Notes: generated from the sequence alone by a model not told the origin. A stretch of DNA of 64,000 nt from Pirellulales bacterium (GCA_963733035.1 CAVTBU010000005.1:2848001-2912000), one strand, 5' to 3'. Counted from the first letter of the stretch, positions 32,833 to 43,869 are shown. Numbers and translations: made by a program.

Positions 32833-33720
32833 CGATCTGTTGGCGCGTCTGGAGAATAAGGATCGACTGGCCCTGGCTCGGTTGCTTACCCTGGTTTCGC
32901 GGAACGAACAACTCGAGGAAATCCGCGCGGCGGTTGGGCCGCGGTCGACCGGGACGCCCGTGGTGGCGATTACCGGCAACGCCGGCGTCGGCAAGAGCTC
33001 GCTGGTCGGCAAGCTGGCTGAACATTTGCGCCAGCAGGAGCAGTCGGTGGCCATTTTGGCCTGCGACCCGCAGAGTCCGCTGACAGGTGGAGCACTGTTG
33101 GGAGACCGGATTCGCATGCCCAACCGGCCGGATGACGCCGGCTTGTACATTCGCAGCCTGGCGGCGGCGAGCGGACATCAGGCCGTGGCCGAGCACGTGG
33201 AGCTAATGATTCGCCTGCTGGCCAGGTTTGGCTTCGACGTGATCCTGCTCGAAACGGTCGGCGCCGGGCAGGGAGACACGGCCGTCCGCGACCTGGCCGA
33301 CGTCGTGGTGTTGCTCGTGCAGCCCGAGAGCGGCGACGAACTACAGTGGGAAAAGGCCGGGTTGTTGGAAGTGGCCGACGTGGTCGTGGTGCATAAGGCG
33401 GATCTGGCCGGGGCCGAGAAGACCGAGGGCCAGGTGAAGGAGCTGCTCAGTCTGCCTGGCTGCCGCGATATCGCGGTGCTGCGCGTCAGTTCGCGCACGG
33501 GGCAAGGCATCGATAAGCTCTGGGAAGCCGTTGTTCGAGCGCCGCGGCGCGGCGCCCCAAACGAAGACGCGCCGAGCTGCTCCGCCGCGCGCAACAAGTC
33601 CTGGCCGAGCGGTTCCACAGTCGAGCCCAAAGCGTGGAAACCGTGATCGACCGCTGGAAGCGTCACGAACTCGACGAAACGCAAGCGGCCGACGAGTTGC
33701 TGCACTTGCTGGCTCGCTAG
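32825..33720 (+). CDS. meaB: MeaB/ArgK GTPase chaperone (apparent frameshift near 33571)
   Basis: GNAGVGKS, DPQSPLTGGALLGDRIRM, ETVGAGQ, HKAD; helical C-terminus ELLRRAQQ...LLAR in a shifted frame. Confidence 0.88.
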
Positions 33721-33731
33721 CAGCCGCGCAC

Positions 33732-34124
33732 CTACAGCGGATGGCTGCGGGCGCAATCGATGCACCAGGCCGTGTACGGGACGGCCTTCAATCGCGCCCG
33801 AGCGATTTCGCGATCGCAGTCCTCGCAGGTTCCATAGGTTCCCGCCTCGATTCGCTCGAGCGCCGCTTCTACCTGCTCGAGGAGTTGCTCTTCGTTTTGA
33901 GCGAGGACGAGTTGCTCGTCGAGTCCTTCGACATCCTGATCGCCGGGGTGCATCCGCGAAGCGCTATGCCCACCTGCCGACATGATATCTTCGCGGAGCG
34001 CTTCCTCGGTGGAAGTGACGTCGCTAATAAGTCGTTTGCGGAGGGCCAGCAGCCGGGGCTTCTGCTCGCGTTGGTCGTTGAGTTCCACTTGCGTCTCCTT
34101 GGTTTGGCGGATGCTTCGTGACAA
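33732..34124 (-). CDS. TraR/DksA C4-type zinc finger protein
   Basis: ALERIEAGTYGTCEDC...RLKAVPYTAWCIDC; start uncertain (possibly GTG 34088). Confidence 0.85.
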   Translation of the reverse strand: MSRSIRQTKETQVELNDQREQKPRLLALRKRLISDVTSTEEALREDIMSAGGHSASRMHPGDQDVEGLDEQLVLAQNEEQLLEQVEAALERIEAGTYGTCEDCDREIARARLKAVPYTAWCIDCARSHPL

Positions 34125-34205
34125 CCGAGGGTACGACTAACGCGATCCTGCCGGCGCGTTGGTGTAAACATCTTCTTCTTCGACTAGCTTGGCATTGACC
34201 GGGAT

Positions 34206-34221
34206 GGCTATTCTCTTGCCA
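34206..34221 (-). promoter_or_regulatory. Probable sigma54 promoter for the DksA-like gene
   Basis: TGGCAA-GAGAA-TAGCC (GG-N10-GC) on the minus strand. Confidence 0.5.
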
Positions 34222-34364
34222 GCCAAGTTGTCGTTCATTTTAGCACCTTCGTTGCGATTCCGCCTTGTTGCGCGAGTTGCGGGCGAACCTTTGACTTTTG
34301 CATCCGGATAGCAAAAAATGCGCCAGACCGAACGTCGCTGACACTGGCAAGGTTGGCGGGCTCA

Positions 34365-34380
34365 CGGCATGTGCTTTGCA
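34365..34380 (+). promoter_or_regulatory. sigma54 promoter for hsp20-lon
   Basis: CGGCAT-GTGCT-TTGCA. Confidence 0.7.
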
Positions 34381-34459
34381 CCCCGAGGGACTTGGGGTGG
34401 CAGCGAGGCGGATCTCCTTTGTCCCTACCGGTTCCACGGCGTCTGACCCACTGAGCCAC

Positions 34460-34828
34460 ATGGATTCTCACTCGCGGCACTTTGGCGAACTGTTTGTGGC
34501 GGCGGCCGGCTCGTTTGGTCGGCCGTTTTGGCGTCCGGCGGTCGACGCCTATCAAACGGTGCACGGGTGGCTGCTCAAGTATGAGCTGGCCGGCGTGGCG
34601 CCCCAGGACGTCGAGGTGTTGTTGGCAGGGCGGACGGTCACCGTGCGCGGCATGCGCCGCGACTTGCGAGTCGAAGGGAACCAGCAGTCGTATTGCATGG
34701 AGATTTCCTACAACCGCTTTGAGCGATCGTTGGATCTTCCCTGCGAGGTCAACACGATGGACGTCGCCACGCGTTTTCAAGATGGAATGCTCTTCGTGCA
34801 GCTTACGTGCAAGGAGAATCCCCGGTGA
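34460..34828 (+). CDS. Hsp20/alpha-crystallin small heat shock protein
   Basis: WRPAVDAY, ELAGV, VRGMRRD, EISYNRFERSLDLP, FQDGML. Confidence 0.85.
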   Translation: MDSHSRHFGELFVAAAGSFGRPFWRPAVDAYQTVHGWLLKYELAGVAPQDVEVLLAGRTVTVRGMRRDLRVEGNQQSYCMEISYNRFERSLDLPCEVNTMDVATRFQDGMLFVQLTCKENPR

Positions 34829-37238
34829 ATGCCCCCGAACAAACTCGCACGCTCCCGGTGCTACCGATCAAGAACACGGTGCTCTATCCGTATCTGCTGA
34901 TGCCGTTGTCGGTGGGGCGAGAGCGTTCCATCGCCGCGGTGGAAGCCGCCTCGGCGAGCGAGGATAAGACGATCCTGATCGTGGCCCAACGAGACGGACG
35001 TGTCGAGGAACCCACGTTCGAACAGCTCTATACGGTGGGGACCGAGGCCGTTATCAAGCGGCTGGAGCGGACGACGGGCACGATCCAAATGATCGTGCAG
35101 GGAACGCGGCGGATGGAAATCGTCGAGCCAACCGTGGGCTCTCCGTACTTGCAGGCCAACGCCCGAGAACTGGCCGAGCCAGACGACAAGGGAGACGAGA
35201 TCGACGCGCTGGAGCGCAACATTGTCGATCAGGCCGGGCAAATTCAGGCGATGGCCGGCGCCGAGGCCCAGCTCAGCATCGCGCAAATCTTGTCGCAGTT
35301 CAAAGACCCCCTGCACAAAGCCTATATGTTGGCGTCGATGCTGAGCCTGGAACTGGAAAAGGAACAGCAGCTGCTCGAGGCGAACTCGCGGCTGGCCGCG
35401 CTGCGGCTCATGCATGAATTCCTCGCGCACGAAATGCAGATTACCGAGCTGCGACAAAAGATCGCCAGCCAGGCCCAATCGGAAATGAGCCGCGAACAGC
35501 GCGAGTATCATCTGCGGCAACAACTACGGGCGATCCAGGAGGAGTTGGGAGAAGGGGGCGGCGAGCAGGGGGAGGTCGATGAACTTCGCAGCCGGCTGAC
35601 CGAGACCGAACTGCCCGACGACGTGCGCAAGGAGGCCGAGCGCGAGTTGGGACGCCTCGAACGCTTGCCCACCGCGGCGCCCGACTATCAGATTACGCGT
35701 TCCTACCTCGAGCTGATTCTGGAACTCCCCTGGACCAAGACGACCGAGGACAATCTTGACCTTGCCCGGGCACGGCAAGTTCTGGACGAGGATCACTATG
35801 ACCTCAAGGAGATCAAGGAGCGGATCGTCGAGCAGTTGGCCGTGCTGAAACTCAACCCGGGCGCCAAGGCTCCGATCCTCTGTTTCGTGGGGCCGCCGGG
35901 CGTCGGCAAGACGTCGCTCGGTCAATCGATTGCCCGGGCGCTGGGACGCAAGTTTGAGCGGATGAGCCTGGGCGGCATGCACGACGAGTCGGAATTGCGC
36001 GGGCATCGCCGCACGTATATTGGGGCCATGCCCGGGCGGATTTTGCAGGCGATTCGCCGCGCCGGGGTGCGCAATCCATTGCTGATGCTCGACGAGGTCG
36101 ACAAGCTGGGACGCGACTATCGCGGCGATCCCTCAGCGGCGCTGTTGGAAATTCTCGATCCGGCGCAGAACTTTGAGTTTCGCGACAACTACTTGAATCT
36201 GCCGTTCGACCTGTCGCGGACGTTCTTCATCGCCACGGCCAACACGCTTGATACCATTCCGCGGCCACTGCTGGACCGCATGGAAATCCTGCGGCTCACC
36301 GGTTACAGCGAGGAAGAGAAGGTGCAAATCGCTCGCCGCTACCTGATTGCCCGGCAGCTCAAGCAAACCGGGCTCACGGACGAGCAAATTCAGTTTCCGG
36401 ACGAAACCCTGCGCGAAGTGATCACGCATTACACGCGCGAAGCAGGCGTGCGGCAGCTTGAGCGATTGATCGGCCAGTTGGCCCGCAAAGTGGCTGTTGG
36501 TTTTGCCGAGGAGAAGGGGCAGGCGACAACGATTCGTCCCGAGGATCTGGGCGACATGCTTGGTCCCGAGCGGTTCTTTCTCGAACGCGTTAGAGAAACG
36601 TTGCCCGCCGGCGTGTCCACCGGGCTGGCCTGGACCGAGACCGGCGGCGAGGTACTTTACATCGAGGCGCTCAACTTGCCCGGCGGACACGATCTGATGC
36701 TCACCGGTCAACTGGGTGAAGTGATGCGCGAGAGCGCCGAGCGGCGCAGAGCTACATCTGGTCGCAGGCGGCGGCGCTGGGTATCAGCGAGGAAGCGCTC
36801 AAGTCGTCCGGCGTACACATTCACGTGCCGGCCGGCGCGATTCCCAAGGACGGCCCGTCGGCCGGAGTGGCGATGGCCGCGGCCTTGGCCTCCATGTACA
36901 GCGGAGAACCAACCCGCGGCGACACGGCCATGACCGGCGAAATCACACTCACGGGCCTGGTGCTTCCGGTCGGCGGCATCAAGGAAAAGGTGCTAGCCGC
37001 CCGGCGTGCCGGCATCCAGACGGTCATTCTGCCCGAGCAAAACGCCAAGGACTTACCCGAGCTGCCGGACGAAGTGCGCAAGGAGATGAAGTTCGTGCTG
37101 GCCAAGCGGATCGAGGACGCGCTAAGCGTGGCAATTCCGGCGCTCGCCGAGCGGCTGAGCGGCCGAGCATCGATTCGGTATGCCGATGTGCCCCAAGGAA
37201 ATGGGAAGCAAGCGGGCAGAGAACAGAAGGTGAAGTGA
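34825..37238 (+). CDS. lon: Lon protease (apparent frameshift near 36738)
   Basis: LON N-domain, [23 protein letters not shown] (Ser) and GGIKEK (Lys); GTGA overlap with the hsp20 stop; AAGGAG RBS. Confidence 0.93.
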
Positions 37239-37297
37239 CCAAGCCTTGCGGGCCGCAATGAAATTCAACCAGCCAGCGGTGAGTCGGCGAGAGTGAA

Positions 37298-38257
37298 ATG
37301 ATGAGGCGAGTGCTCCCCTCTTTTCGATTGCGAACTCTGCTCGCCGTAACGGCAATTCTCTGCGTAGTGCTAGCCATGGTTGTTCGACGTTGGCAACAAG
37401 TTAACCGTGACGTGGCCATTGCCCAAACTCTTGAGGCACACGCCAAGAGCGAAGGGCGCATCGCGTCAACGACGCAATTTTCTGGAGCCATCCACAATGG
37501 CTGGTATGTGTGGAAGGATATCGGAGACGGACGCACTACGTATCCGCCGCGAGCGACATTTCTCGAGGCCGCGTGCTTTTGGCTGCCGCTGGGAGAGTTT
37601 CATGTTGCAACTTCATCTTTGACTCGTGTCACGGATGATGACATCCGACTTTGCAACGAGTTTGGTCGAGTTGTTTCATTGTCGATTGGCAACCGATTGA
37701 TCTCTAATGAACAGTTTCAACTTTTCACAGCCACCGACAACGTGACCTATCTGGATCTCGCACGGAACGCACTTACCGACGAAACCGCGATCCGCATTGG
37801 AACCTTCGAGAAGCTTGAGTGTCTCCGCCTAAGCGACACTGGAATTGGGGACGCTGGAGTTTGCGCCATCGCCAACCTGACGAAGCTGCGATTTCTTGAG
37901 TTGGCATTGAATCCAATCAATGACGAAGGGGCGCGTTGCCTAGGGCGGCTCACGGCCCTCCGGTATCTTGATCTCGATCACACGTGGCTGACCGACGCGT
38001 CGGCCGCGGAACTCGGCAAGTTGGGAAACCTTGTTGAGCTTCGGCTAAACGGAACGGATATCTCGGATGCTGGACTAAGACAGTTCGCGGGTTTGAAGAA
38101 TCTCAAAAGGATTACTCTTAGCAACACGCGTATTACGAATGACGCGATTGCAATTCTCGAAAAGCTGCCAGGTTTGAGGGAGGTGAACGTGGATTCTGGG
38201 GATGTCGATCACGCTCAAGCGGCTGCACTAGAGCAAAGGCTATCCAAGCGTCCTTAA
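37298..38257 (+). CDS. Membrane-anchored leucine-rich repeat protein (planctomycete type)
   Basis: FRLRTLL plus TM anchor; about 6-7 repeats of LxxLxLxxTxIxD with 24-aa period; visibly lower GC. Confidence 0.85.
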   Translation: MMRRVLPSFRLRTLLAVTAILCVVLAMVVRRWQQVNRDVAIAQTLEAHAKSEGRIASTTQFSGAIHNGWYVWKDIGDGRTTYPPRATFLEAACFWLPLGEFHVATSSLTRVTDDDIRLCNEFGRVVSLSIGNRLISNEQFQLFTATDNVTYLDLARNALTDETAIRIGTFEKLECLRLSDTGIGDAGVCAIANLTKLRFLELALNPINDEGARCLGRLTALRYLDLDHTWLTDASAAELGKLGNLVELRLNGTDISDAGLRQFAGLKNLKRITLSNTRITNDAIAILEKLPGLREVNVDSGDVDHAQAAALEQRLSKRP

Positions 38258-38276
38258 CAGTCGAGTACTGCGAACT

Positions 38277-39323
38277 CTACGGCACGGCAATTCCAAACCG
38301 AACGCACAGCTTTGCCAATAAGTCCCAAGTCCCTTCCTCCACGAAGATTCCTTCACGCAGGCGGGCGGCTCGGCGTTCGAGTTCGATCTCGCCTGGAACG
38401 TAGACTTTCTCGACGCCTTCGATGGTTGGCGAGCTGTGGATGTAGTCGGCTAGCGCGGCTACCTCGTGGCGGAAATCGGCTAGCGGCCGGAAGCGCTCGA
38501 CGTCGACGGCGACCAGGAAAAAGCCATCGCCCGGGTATTGCCGATCGGGCTGGCAGCCGCCGGCTCCGCTAAGGATGCCGGCCAGGATGTCGATCATCAG
38601 GCTCAGCCCGAATCCTTTGTACGCCACGATGCCGCCGATGGGGACCAGGGCGCCGGGCGGGTCGGCATACAGTTGTCCCGCATCGTTGGTCGTTTGTCCT
38701 TTGGCGTCCATCAGCCAGCCGGTTGGGACAGGCTTACCGGCTTGAAACGCGGCGCGCACTTTACCCTCGGGCGCGACGGTCGTTGCCATGTCGAGCACGA
38801 TCGGGTGCTCGCCGCCGGAGGGCACGGCGATAGAAATGGGGTTCGTGGAGAGTCGTCGGCCAAGTCCTCCAAACGGCGGGACGACCTGAGCTCCGCCGCC
38901 GGAATTGACCACCGCGATGCCGACGAATCCGGCTTTTGCGCACATTTCGGTGTACGTCGCGATGCGTCCGGTGTGATGGCAGTGGCAGGCAGTGACCGCA
39001 CCGACGCCGGTGGCCTTGGCGATTTCCATGGCCAGGAGCGTTGCCTGCCGGCCAATGACCTGGCCAAAGCCGCCGCCACCGTCGACGACCGCTCCGGCCG
39101 CGAAGCGGTTGACCACGGTCATCTCGGCCGCCGGGACGATCAAGCCGCTTTGAATGCCATCGACGTATTGCAGCACGCGGAGCACGCCGTGCGAGTCGTG
39201 TCCGGCGAGATTGGCGTTGATCAGGTGCTCGGCGACGATGTGCGCAAGTTCGGCCGGTGCGCCGGCCGAGGCGAGTAAGTTAGTGGCGAGACGTTGAAGA
39301 TCCGGAGCGTCAAACGTGGGCAT
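38277..39323 (-). CDS. Ldh_2 family oxidoreductase (malate/L-lactate/sulfolactate dehydrogenase-like)
   Basis: GHDSHG, HTGRI, TNPISIAVP, LDMATT, YKGFGL, VPGE. Confidence 0.9.
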   Translation of the reverse strand: MPTFDAPDLQRLATNLLASAGAPAELAHIVAEHLINANLAGHDSHGVLRVLQYVDGIQSGLIVPAAEMTVVNRFAAGAVVDGGGGFGQVIGRQATLLAMEIAKATGVGAVTACHCHHTGRIATYTEMCAKAGFVGIAVVNSGGGAQVVPPFGGLGRRLSTNPISIAVPSGGEHPIVLDMATTVAPEGKVRAAFQAGKPVPTGWLMDAKGQTTNDAGQLYADPPGALVPIGGIVAYKGFGLSLMIDILAGILSGAGGCQPDRQYPGDGFFLVAVDVERFRPLADFRHEVAALADYIHSSPTIEGVEKVYVPGEIELERRAARLREGIFVEEGTWDLLAKLCVRFGIAVP

Positions 39324-39505
39324 GGGGACATCTGCATGTGGATCGACGAACTTCGTAAAGTTCGCGGGGTGATTTCCTGCGTCAGTCTAGCTGGATCGCG
39401 CGGCCGGTGAAAGTTGACACTGAACAACGGCAGGGTCATGATTCAGTTTCGTTGTTCGCTCGGTCCCGGCATTTCTTTGGCTCGCGATTGGCCCAGGCGG
39501 AGTTC

Positions 39506-40496
39506 ATGCGTCGAGGAATTTCACTGTTATTGTTGGTCGGGCTGCTGATGGCCGGGTGTGGCGCGGCCAACTCGGCGTCGAACGGCGGCGCGAAGCGCGA
39601 CAAGCCGCTTATCGCGGTCATTCCGAAGGCGGTTTCGCACGAGTTCTGGAAGTCGGTGCATGCCGGCGCGGTTCACGGTGCCGAGGCGGCCGACGTCGAC
39701 ATCATTTGGAAGGGTCCCATCACCGAGAGTGATCGCGAGGCACAGATCAATCTGGTGCAGGACTTCATCGCCCAGGGTGTCGATGGCATTTGCCTGGCGC
39801 CGCTCGATTCGCAGGCTTTGATTCCGGTGGTCCACGAGGCCAAAGTCGCCGGCGTTCCGGTGTTGATTTTCGACAGTGGACTGGACGACACGGCCGACAT
39901 CGTCAGCTTCGTGGCAACCGACAATTATCACGGCGGGCAGATCGCCGGCCGCCACTTGGGCGAGCTGCTGGGCGGCAAAGGAAAAGTGATCGTGCTGCGG
40001 CAAGTCGTCGGCAGCCAGAGCGCCGAACGTCGCGAGCAGGGATGCATCGACGCACTGACCAAGGAATTTCCCGGAATCGAAATCCTCTCGTCGGGCGAAT
40101 ATGCCGGCGACACGGCCGACAAGGCGCTCGTCAAGTCGCAGCAGCTTCTGCTGAACTTCGGCAATCAGGTCGAGGGCATCTTCACGTCCAGCCAGCATGT
40201 GGCCACGGGCATGTTGCGGGCGCTTGAGGAACAGGGACTGGCCGGCAAAGTGAAGTTCATCGGCTTTGACGCCGGTCCGGAACTCGTGGCCGCGCTGGCA
40301 ACCGGCAAGATGCACGGCATCGTCTTGCAAGATCCCGTTCGGATGGCCGAGTTGGCCGTAACCACGCTCGCCGATCGCATCCGCGGCGAACACGTCGAGC
40401 AGCCGCATTAGCACCGGTGAAACCTTGGCCACGCCGGAGAACATGCACGATCCGGCAATCAAGAAACTGCTGGAACCGGAGCTGTACGAGGAGTAG
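39506..40496 (+). CDS. Sugar ABC-type substrate-binding lipoprotein, RbsB-like (apparent frameshift near 40404)
   Basis: Lipobox MAGC; IPKAVSHEFW, ATDNYHGG, IGFD, QDP; C-terminus RISTGETLATPEN in a shifted frame. Confidence 0.85.
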
Positions 40497-40544
40497 CCGT
40501 CGGAGGAGTTCGCCCCTCGTGCGAATCGAGTGCGGCTGTGTGGA

Positions 40545-41024
40545 TTAAGCCCGCTTCTCCAACTGCTTGCCGGTGACCATCATGTAGATCGAATCGCCGA
40601 GAGCGACTTGCTTGCCTTCGTCGTTGGTGACCACCGCGTCGGTGTGAATGATCTGGCGACCCATGCGCACGACGCGGGCATCGCAGAAGATTTTGCCGCT
40701 GGAGACGGGGCGGAGGTATTTGAGCCGCAGGTCGACCGAAACCATTCGTGCGCCATGCTCATCGCGGAGAGCGCGATGTTCGGGCGTCAGGAGTATGGAA
40801 TGCGCAATCGCCGTATCGACTAGCGAGGCGATGGCGCCGCCGTGGATGATGCCGGCCGGCTGACAAATGTCTTCGCGCCAACTCATGGAGAGCCGAGCTC
40901 GGCCGGGGTCGATTTCCAAGAGCTCCATCCCCATCAGTTGGTTGAAGGGAAAATTGCGAAAGAACGCAAACAGGGCTTGGCGATCCTTTTCCAGCGACTG
41001 GTCATCGGACGCTGACTCACTCAT
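40545..41024 (-). CDS. PaaI family thioesterase
   Basis: GIIHGGAIASLVD, VDLRLKYLRP. Confidence 0.88.
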   Translation of the reverse strand: MSESASDDQSLEKDRQALFAFFRNFPFNQLMGMELLEIDPGRARLSMSWREDICQPAGIIHGGAIASLVDTAIAHSILLTPEHRALRDEHGARMVSVDLRLKYLRPVSSGKIFCDARVVRMGRQIIHTDAVVTNDEGKQVALGDSIYMMVTGKQLEKRA

Positions 41025-41278
41025 GGTCGTTATTTCCGTGGAAGTACTTCGATAGGGGACTGGGTCCAACTTATCAGAACGCAGGGCCGTTGGGGACCGC
41101 GGCCGCGGCGATTTGCACTCGCTCCGGGCTGCCAGGCAGGCGATAATCGGCGGCGAACTTTACAATCAATGCCGGCCCGAAATGCGAGCGCGGAGAGGTC
41201 ACGCGCGTTCCCCTTGCTTGCCGTTCGGGTTTGTATCGGGGCTAGGTCGTTGCCTTCTTGCATCAGGAGTTCCCTTCC

Positions 41279-41845
41279 ATGAAATACGGCTCGTCGCTCT
41301 TGGCTTTTGCATTGGTTGCCGCGGCAGGTATTTCCACCGCGTTTGCCGAACCCTACACCGTCGACGCCATTCACTCGACCGTGCTATTCCGAATCAAGCA
41401 CATGAACACCAGCCATGCCTGGGGTCGGTTTAACGAAATGCAAGGCACGGTCGACCTCGACGGCGCCCAGCCCACGGTGGACGTGACGTTGGTGGTCGAC
41501 AGCATTGACACGGCCAACGCCAAGCGCGACGAGCATCTCGAAGGCCCCGATTTCTTTAACGCCAAACAGTTCCCCACGATTGCGTTTAAGAGCAACAAGA
41601 TCACCAAGGTCGACGACGATCACTACGACGTCGAGGGCATGCTCACGCTGCACGGCGTCAGCAAGCCCATTGCGGTGCAACTGGAACGCACCGGTACCGC
41701 CCGTACGCCGATGACCGGCAAGATCACCGGCTATGCCACGGAGTTCAAAATCAAGCGCAGTGACTACGGCATGAAGCTGATGGTTGGTCCGATCGGCGAC
41801 GAGGTGCTGTTGATCGTGAGCCTCGAGTGTGCGGCGAAGAAATAG
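41279..41845 (+). CDS. YceI family periplasmic lipid/isoprenoid-binding protein
   Basis: Signal peptide; HSTVLF, RDEHL, DFF, GMLTLHGV, RSDYG. Confidence 0.9.
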   Translation: MKYGSSLLAFALVAAAGISTAFAEPYTVDAIHSTVLFRIKHMNTSHAWGRFNEMQGTVDLDGAQPTVDVTLVVDSIDTANAKRDEHLEGPDFFNAKQFPTIAFKSNKITKVDDDHYDVEGMLTLHGVSKPIAVQLERTGTARTPMTGKITGYATEFKIKRSDYGMKLMVGPIGDEVLLIVSLECAAKK

Positions 41846-41876
41846 TCTCGCACGACGCGGGAGAGGAACCAGCGTA

Positions 41877-42740
41877 ATGTTCACTTGGGGCGAAATGCTG
41901 GCCGGCGTGGTCTTGTCGGCCGCGGCGACCGGCGGCGTGCTGTTTGTTGGCTGGCGACTGGCGCGGCACCGCCATTCGGCTCGCGACAGTCGCTCCTGGG
42001 CCGGACCGCCGGCCGTGGCAGCGGGCTTTGTCGCCGGCTACCTGGTCCTGTTTGGCTGGCCTGGTTTTCCGCCGCTCGATGCGGTCGATTGGCTGCTGAT
42101 GCTGGCGGTTCCGCTGGCGGCGCTGGGCTTGGCCGATTCGTACTTTCGGGTGCCGCCGCCGGGACGCGTGCTGCTGATCGCGCTGGCCGTGCCCGCCAGC
42201 TTTCTGCTCTTGGCTCGGCCACTGCTATCGCTGGCGGGGCAAGACGAACTGTCGTTGCAGCTGTTCGTTGCCACGGGAGTGACCGTGGCGGTGCTGGTTG
42301 CAACCGACATGCTGGCGGCTCGAAGTTCGGCCGGCAGGTTCAGCGCGATTCTGCTTGCCGTTGCTATACCGTCGGCCGTGGTGTTGGGTTGCTCGGGCAG
42401 TGCCCGGCTGGGAATGATCGGCGTGTTGCTGGCTGCCACGCAAGCCGGAGCGCTCGGCATGAATATCGTGCTTGGCCGCGCCGGTTTGGGGCGCGGCATT
42501 GTCGTCGTGTTCGGGACGCTGTTGGCCGGATTGCTACTTTGTGGAAGCCTGTACGCGGAGTTATCGACGAGCAACGCGATGTTGCTGGCGGCCGCGCCAA
42601 ACATGGCTTGGCTGGGCAGGCATGGCCCGCGACGCTTCGGTTGGCTCACCCACGTGGCCATCCAGGTCGGGCTTGTGTTGGCGGTTGCCGGCCTGGCGGC
42701 GGTCCGGGCATGGAACGCGCTTCCGGATGACGCGTGGTGA
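41877..42740 (+). CDS. Polytopic membrane hypothetical protein
   Basis: About 9-10 hydrophobic segments; GAGG RBS; directly after yceI-like gene. Confidence 0.7.
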   Translation: MFTWGEMLAGVVLSAAATGGVLFVGWRLARHRHSARDSRSWAGPPAVAAGFVAGYLVLFGWPGFPPLDAVDWLLMLAVPLAALGLADSYFRVPPPGRVLLIALAVPASFLLLARPLLSLAGQDELSLQLFVATGVTVAVLVATDMLAARSSAGRFSAILLAVAIPSAVVLGCSGSARLGMIGVLLAATQAGALGMNIVLGRAGLGRGIVVVFGTLLAGLLLCGSLYAELSTSNAMLLAAAPNMAWLGRHGPRRFGWLTHVAIQVGLVLAVAGLAAVRAWNALPDDAW

Positions 42741-42756
42741 TGTCAGCCGCCCGGGC

Positions 42757-43758
42757 TCAGTCGGCTGGCGGAACGAGCACGGCAGCGCCGCTCAGCCGAC
42801 CCTCGCGAAGATCGGCCAATGCTTCGTTCGCTTTTTCCAGGGGATAGGGAGTCGCTTGCGGCCGCACGCCCGCCTGGGCGGCGAGGGGCAGGAATTCATC
42901 GCCGTCGCGACGGGTGAGGTTGGCGACCGATCGCACGATGCGCTCGCCCCAGAGAAGTTTGTACGGGAACTGAGGGATGTCGCTCATGTGGATGCCGGCA
43001 CAGACAACCGATCCGCCCTTGGCCGTGGCCGCCAAAGCCGCGGGGACGAGCGACCCGACCGGAGCATAAATAATGGCCGCATCGAGCAATTCCGGGGGCA
43101 ACGCCGTGGAGTCGCCGCTCCAGTCGACGCCCAATTGTCGGGCGAAAGCCTGGGCCTGCTGATCGCCCGGCCGCGTAAACGCAAAGACGTTCCGACCTTG
43201 GAACTGGGCAACCTGCGCAATCAAATGGGCGGCGGCTCCGAACCCATAGATGCCCAGCCGCTTTGCGTCGCCGGTCATGGCCAGCGAGCGGTAGCCAATC
43301 AGACCCGCGCAGAGCAGGGGCGCCGCTTCGATGTCGCCGTAGTGCGCGGGAATGGGGAAACAGAATTGCTCGTTGGCGACTGTGAATTGGGCGTAGCCGC
43401 CATCTCGCGTGTAGCCTGTGAACTCTGGCCGGTCGCAGAGGTTTTCTTGACCGGCCCGGCAGTAGCGACATTTGCCACAAGTATTGCCGAGCCAAGGAAC
43501 TCCCACGCGATCGCCCGGCGCGAAGCGACGCGTACCCGGCCCAACGTCCGCAACCTCGCCGACAATTTCATGACCGAGGATCAGCGGGAGCTTCGGATCT
43601 GGCAGTTCGCCGTCCACCACGTGCAGGTCGGTCCGGCAGACACCACAGGCCAACACTCTCAAGAGCACCTCGCCCACGCCGCAGGTTGGCTTGGGCAACT
43701 GGCGAGCCTGAAGTGGCGAATGCGGCTGGTCGAGCACCATTGCCAGCATGGTTGTCAT
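42757..43758 (-). CDS. Zinc-dependent alcohol dehydrogenase
   Basis: CGVCRTD, GHEIVG, CGKCRYC...C, LLCAG, GIYGFGAAAH. Confidence 0.92.
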   Translation of the reverse strand: MTTMLAMVLDQPHSPLQARQLPKPTCGVGEVLLRVLACGVCRTDLHVVDGELPDPKLPLILGHEIVGEVADVGPGTRRFAPGDRVGVPWLGNTCGKCRYCRAGQENLCDRPEFTGYTRDGGYAQFTVANEQFCFPIPAHYGDIEAAPLLCAGLIGYRSLAMTGDAKRLGIYGFGAAAHLIAQVAQFQGRNVFAFTRPGDQQAQAFARQLGVDWSGDSTALPPELLDAAIIYAPVGSLVPAALAATAKGGSVVCAGIHMSDIPQFPYKLLWGERIVRSVANLTRRDGDEFLPLAAQAGVRPQATPYPLEKANEALADLREGRLSGAAVLVPPAD

Positions 43759-43869
43759 TGTGTCACACCAAGCGGTTCGTTGATTGTCATTCGCACAGCT
43801 GGCGCGGAGATCGCACATCGATTATGCACTTACATCGCAAAACTTCGAAATTGGCTCCATTTTCGCACT

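Noticed and set aside
43800..43815. Second sigma54-like element TGGCGC-GGAGA-TCGCA
   Set aside because: Fits GG-N10-GC but overlaps the candidate enhancer half-site; ambiguous, so not counted as a promoter
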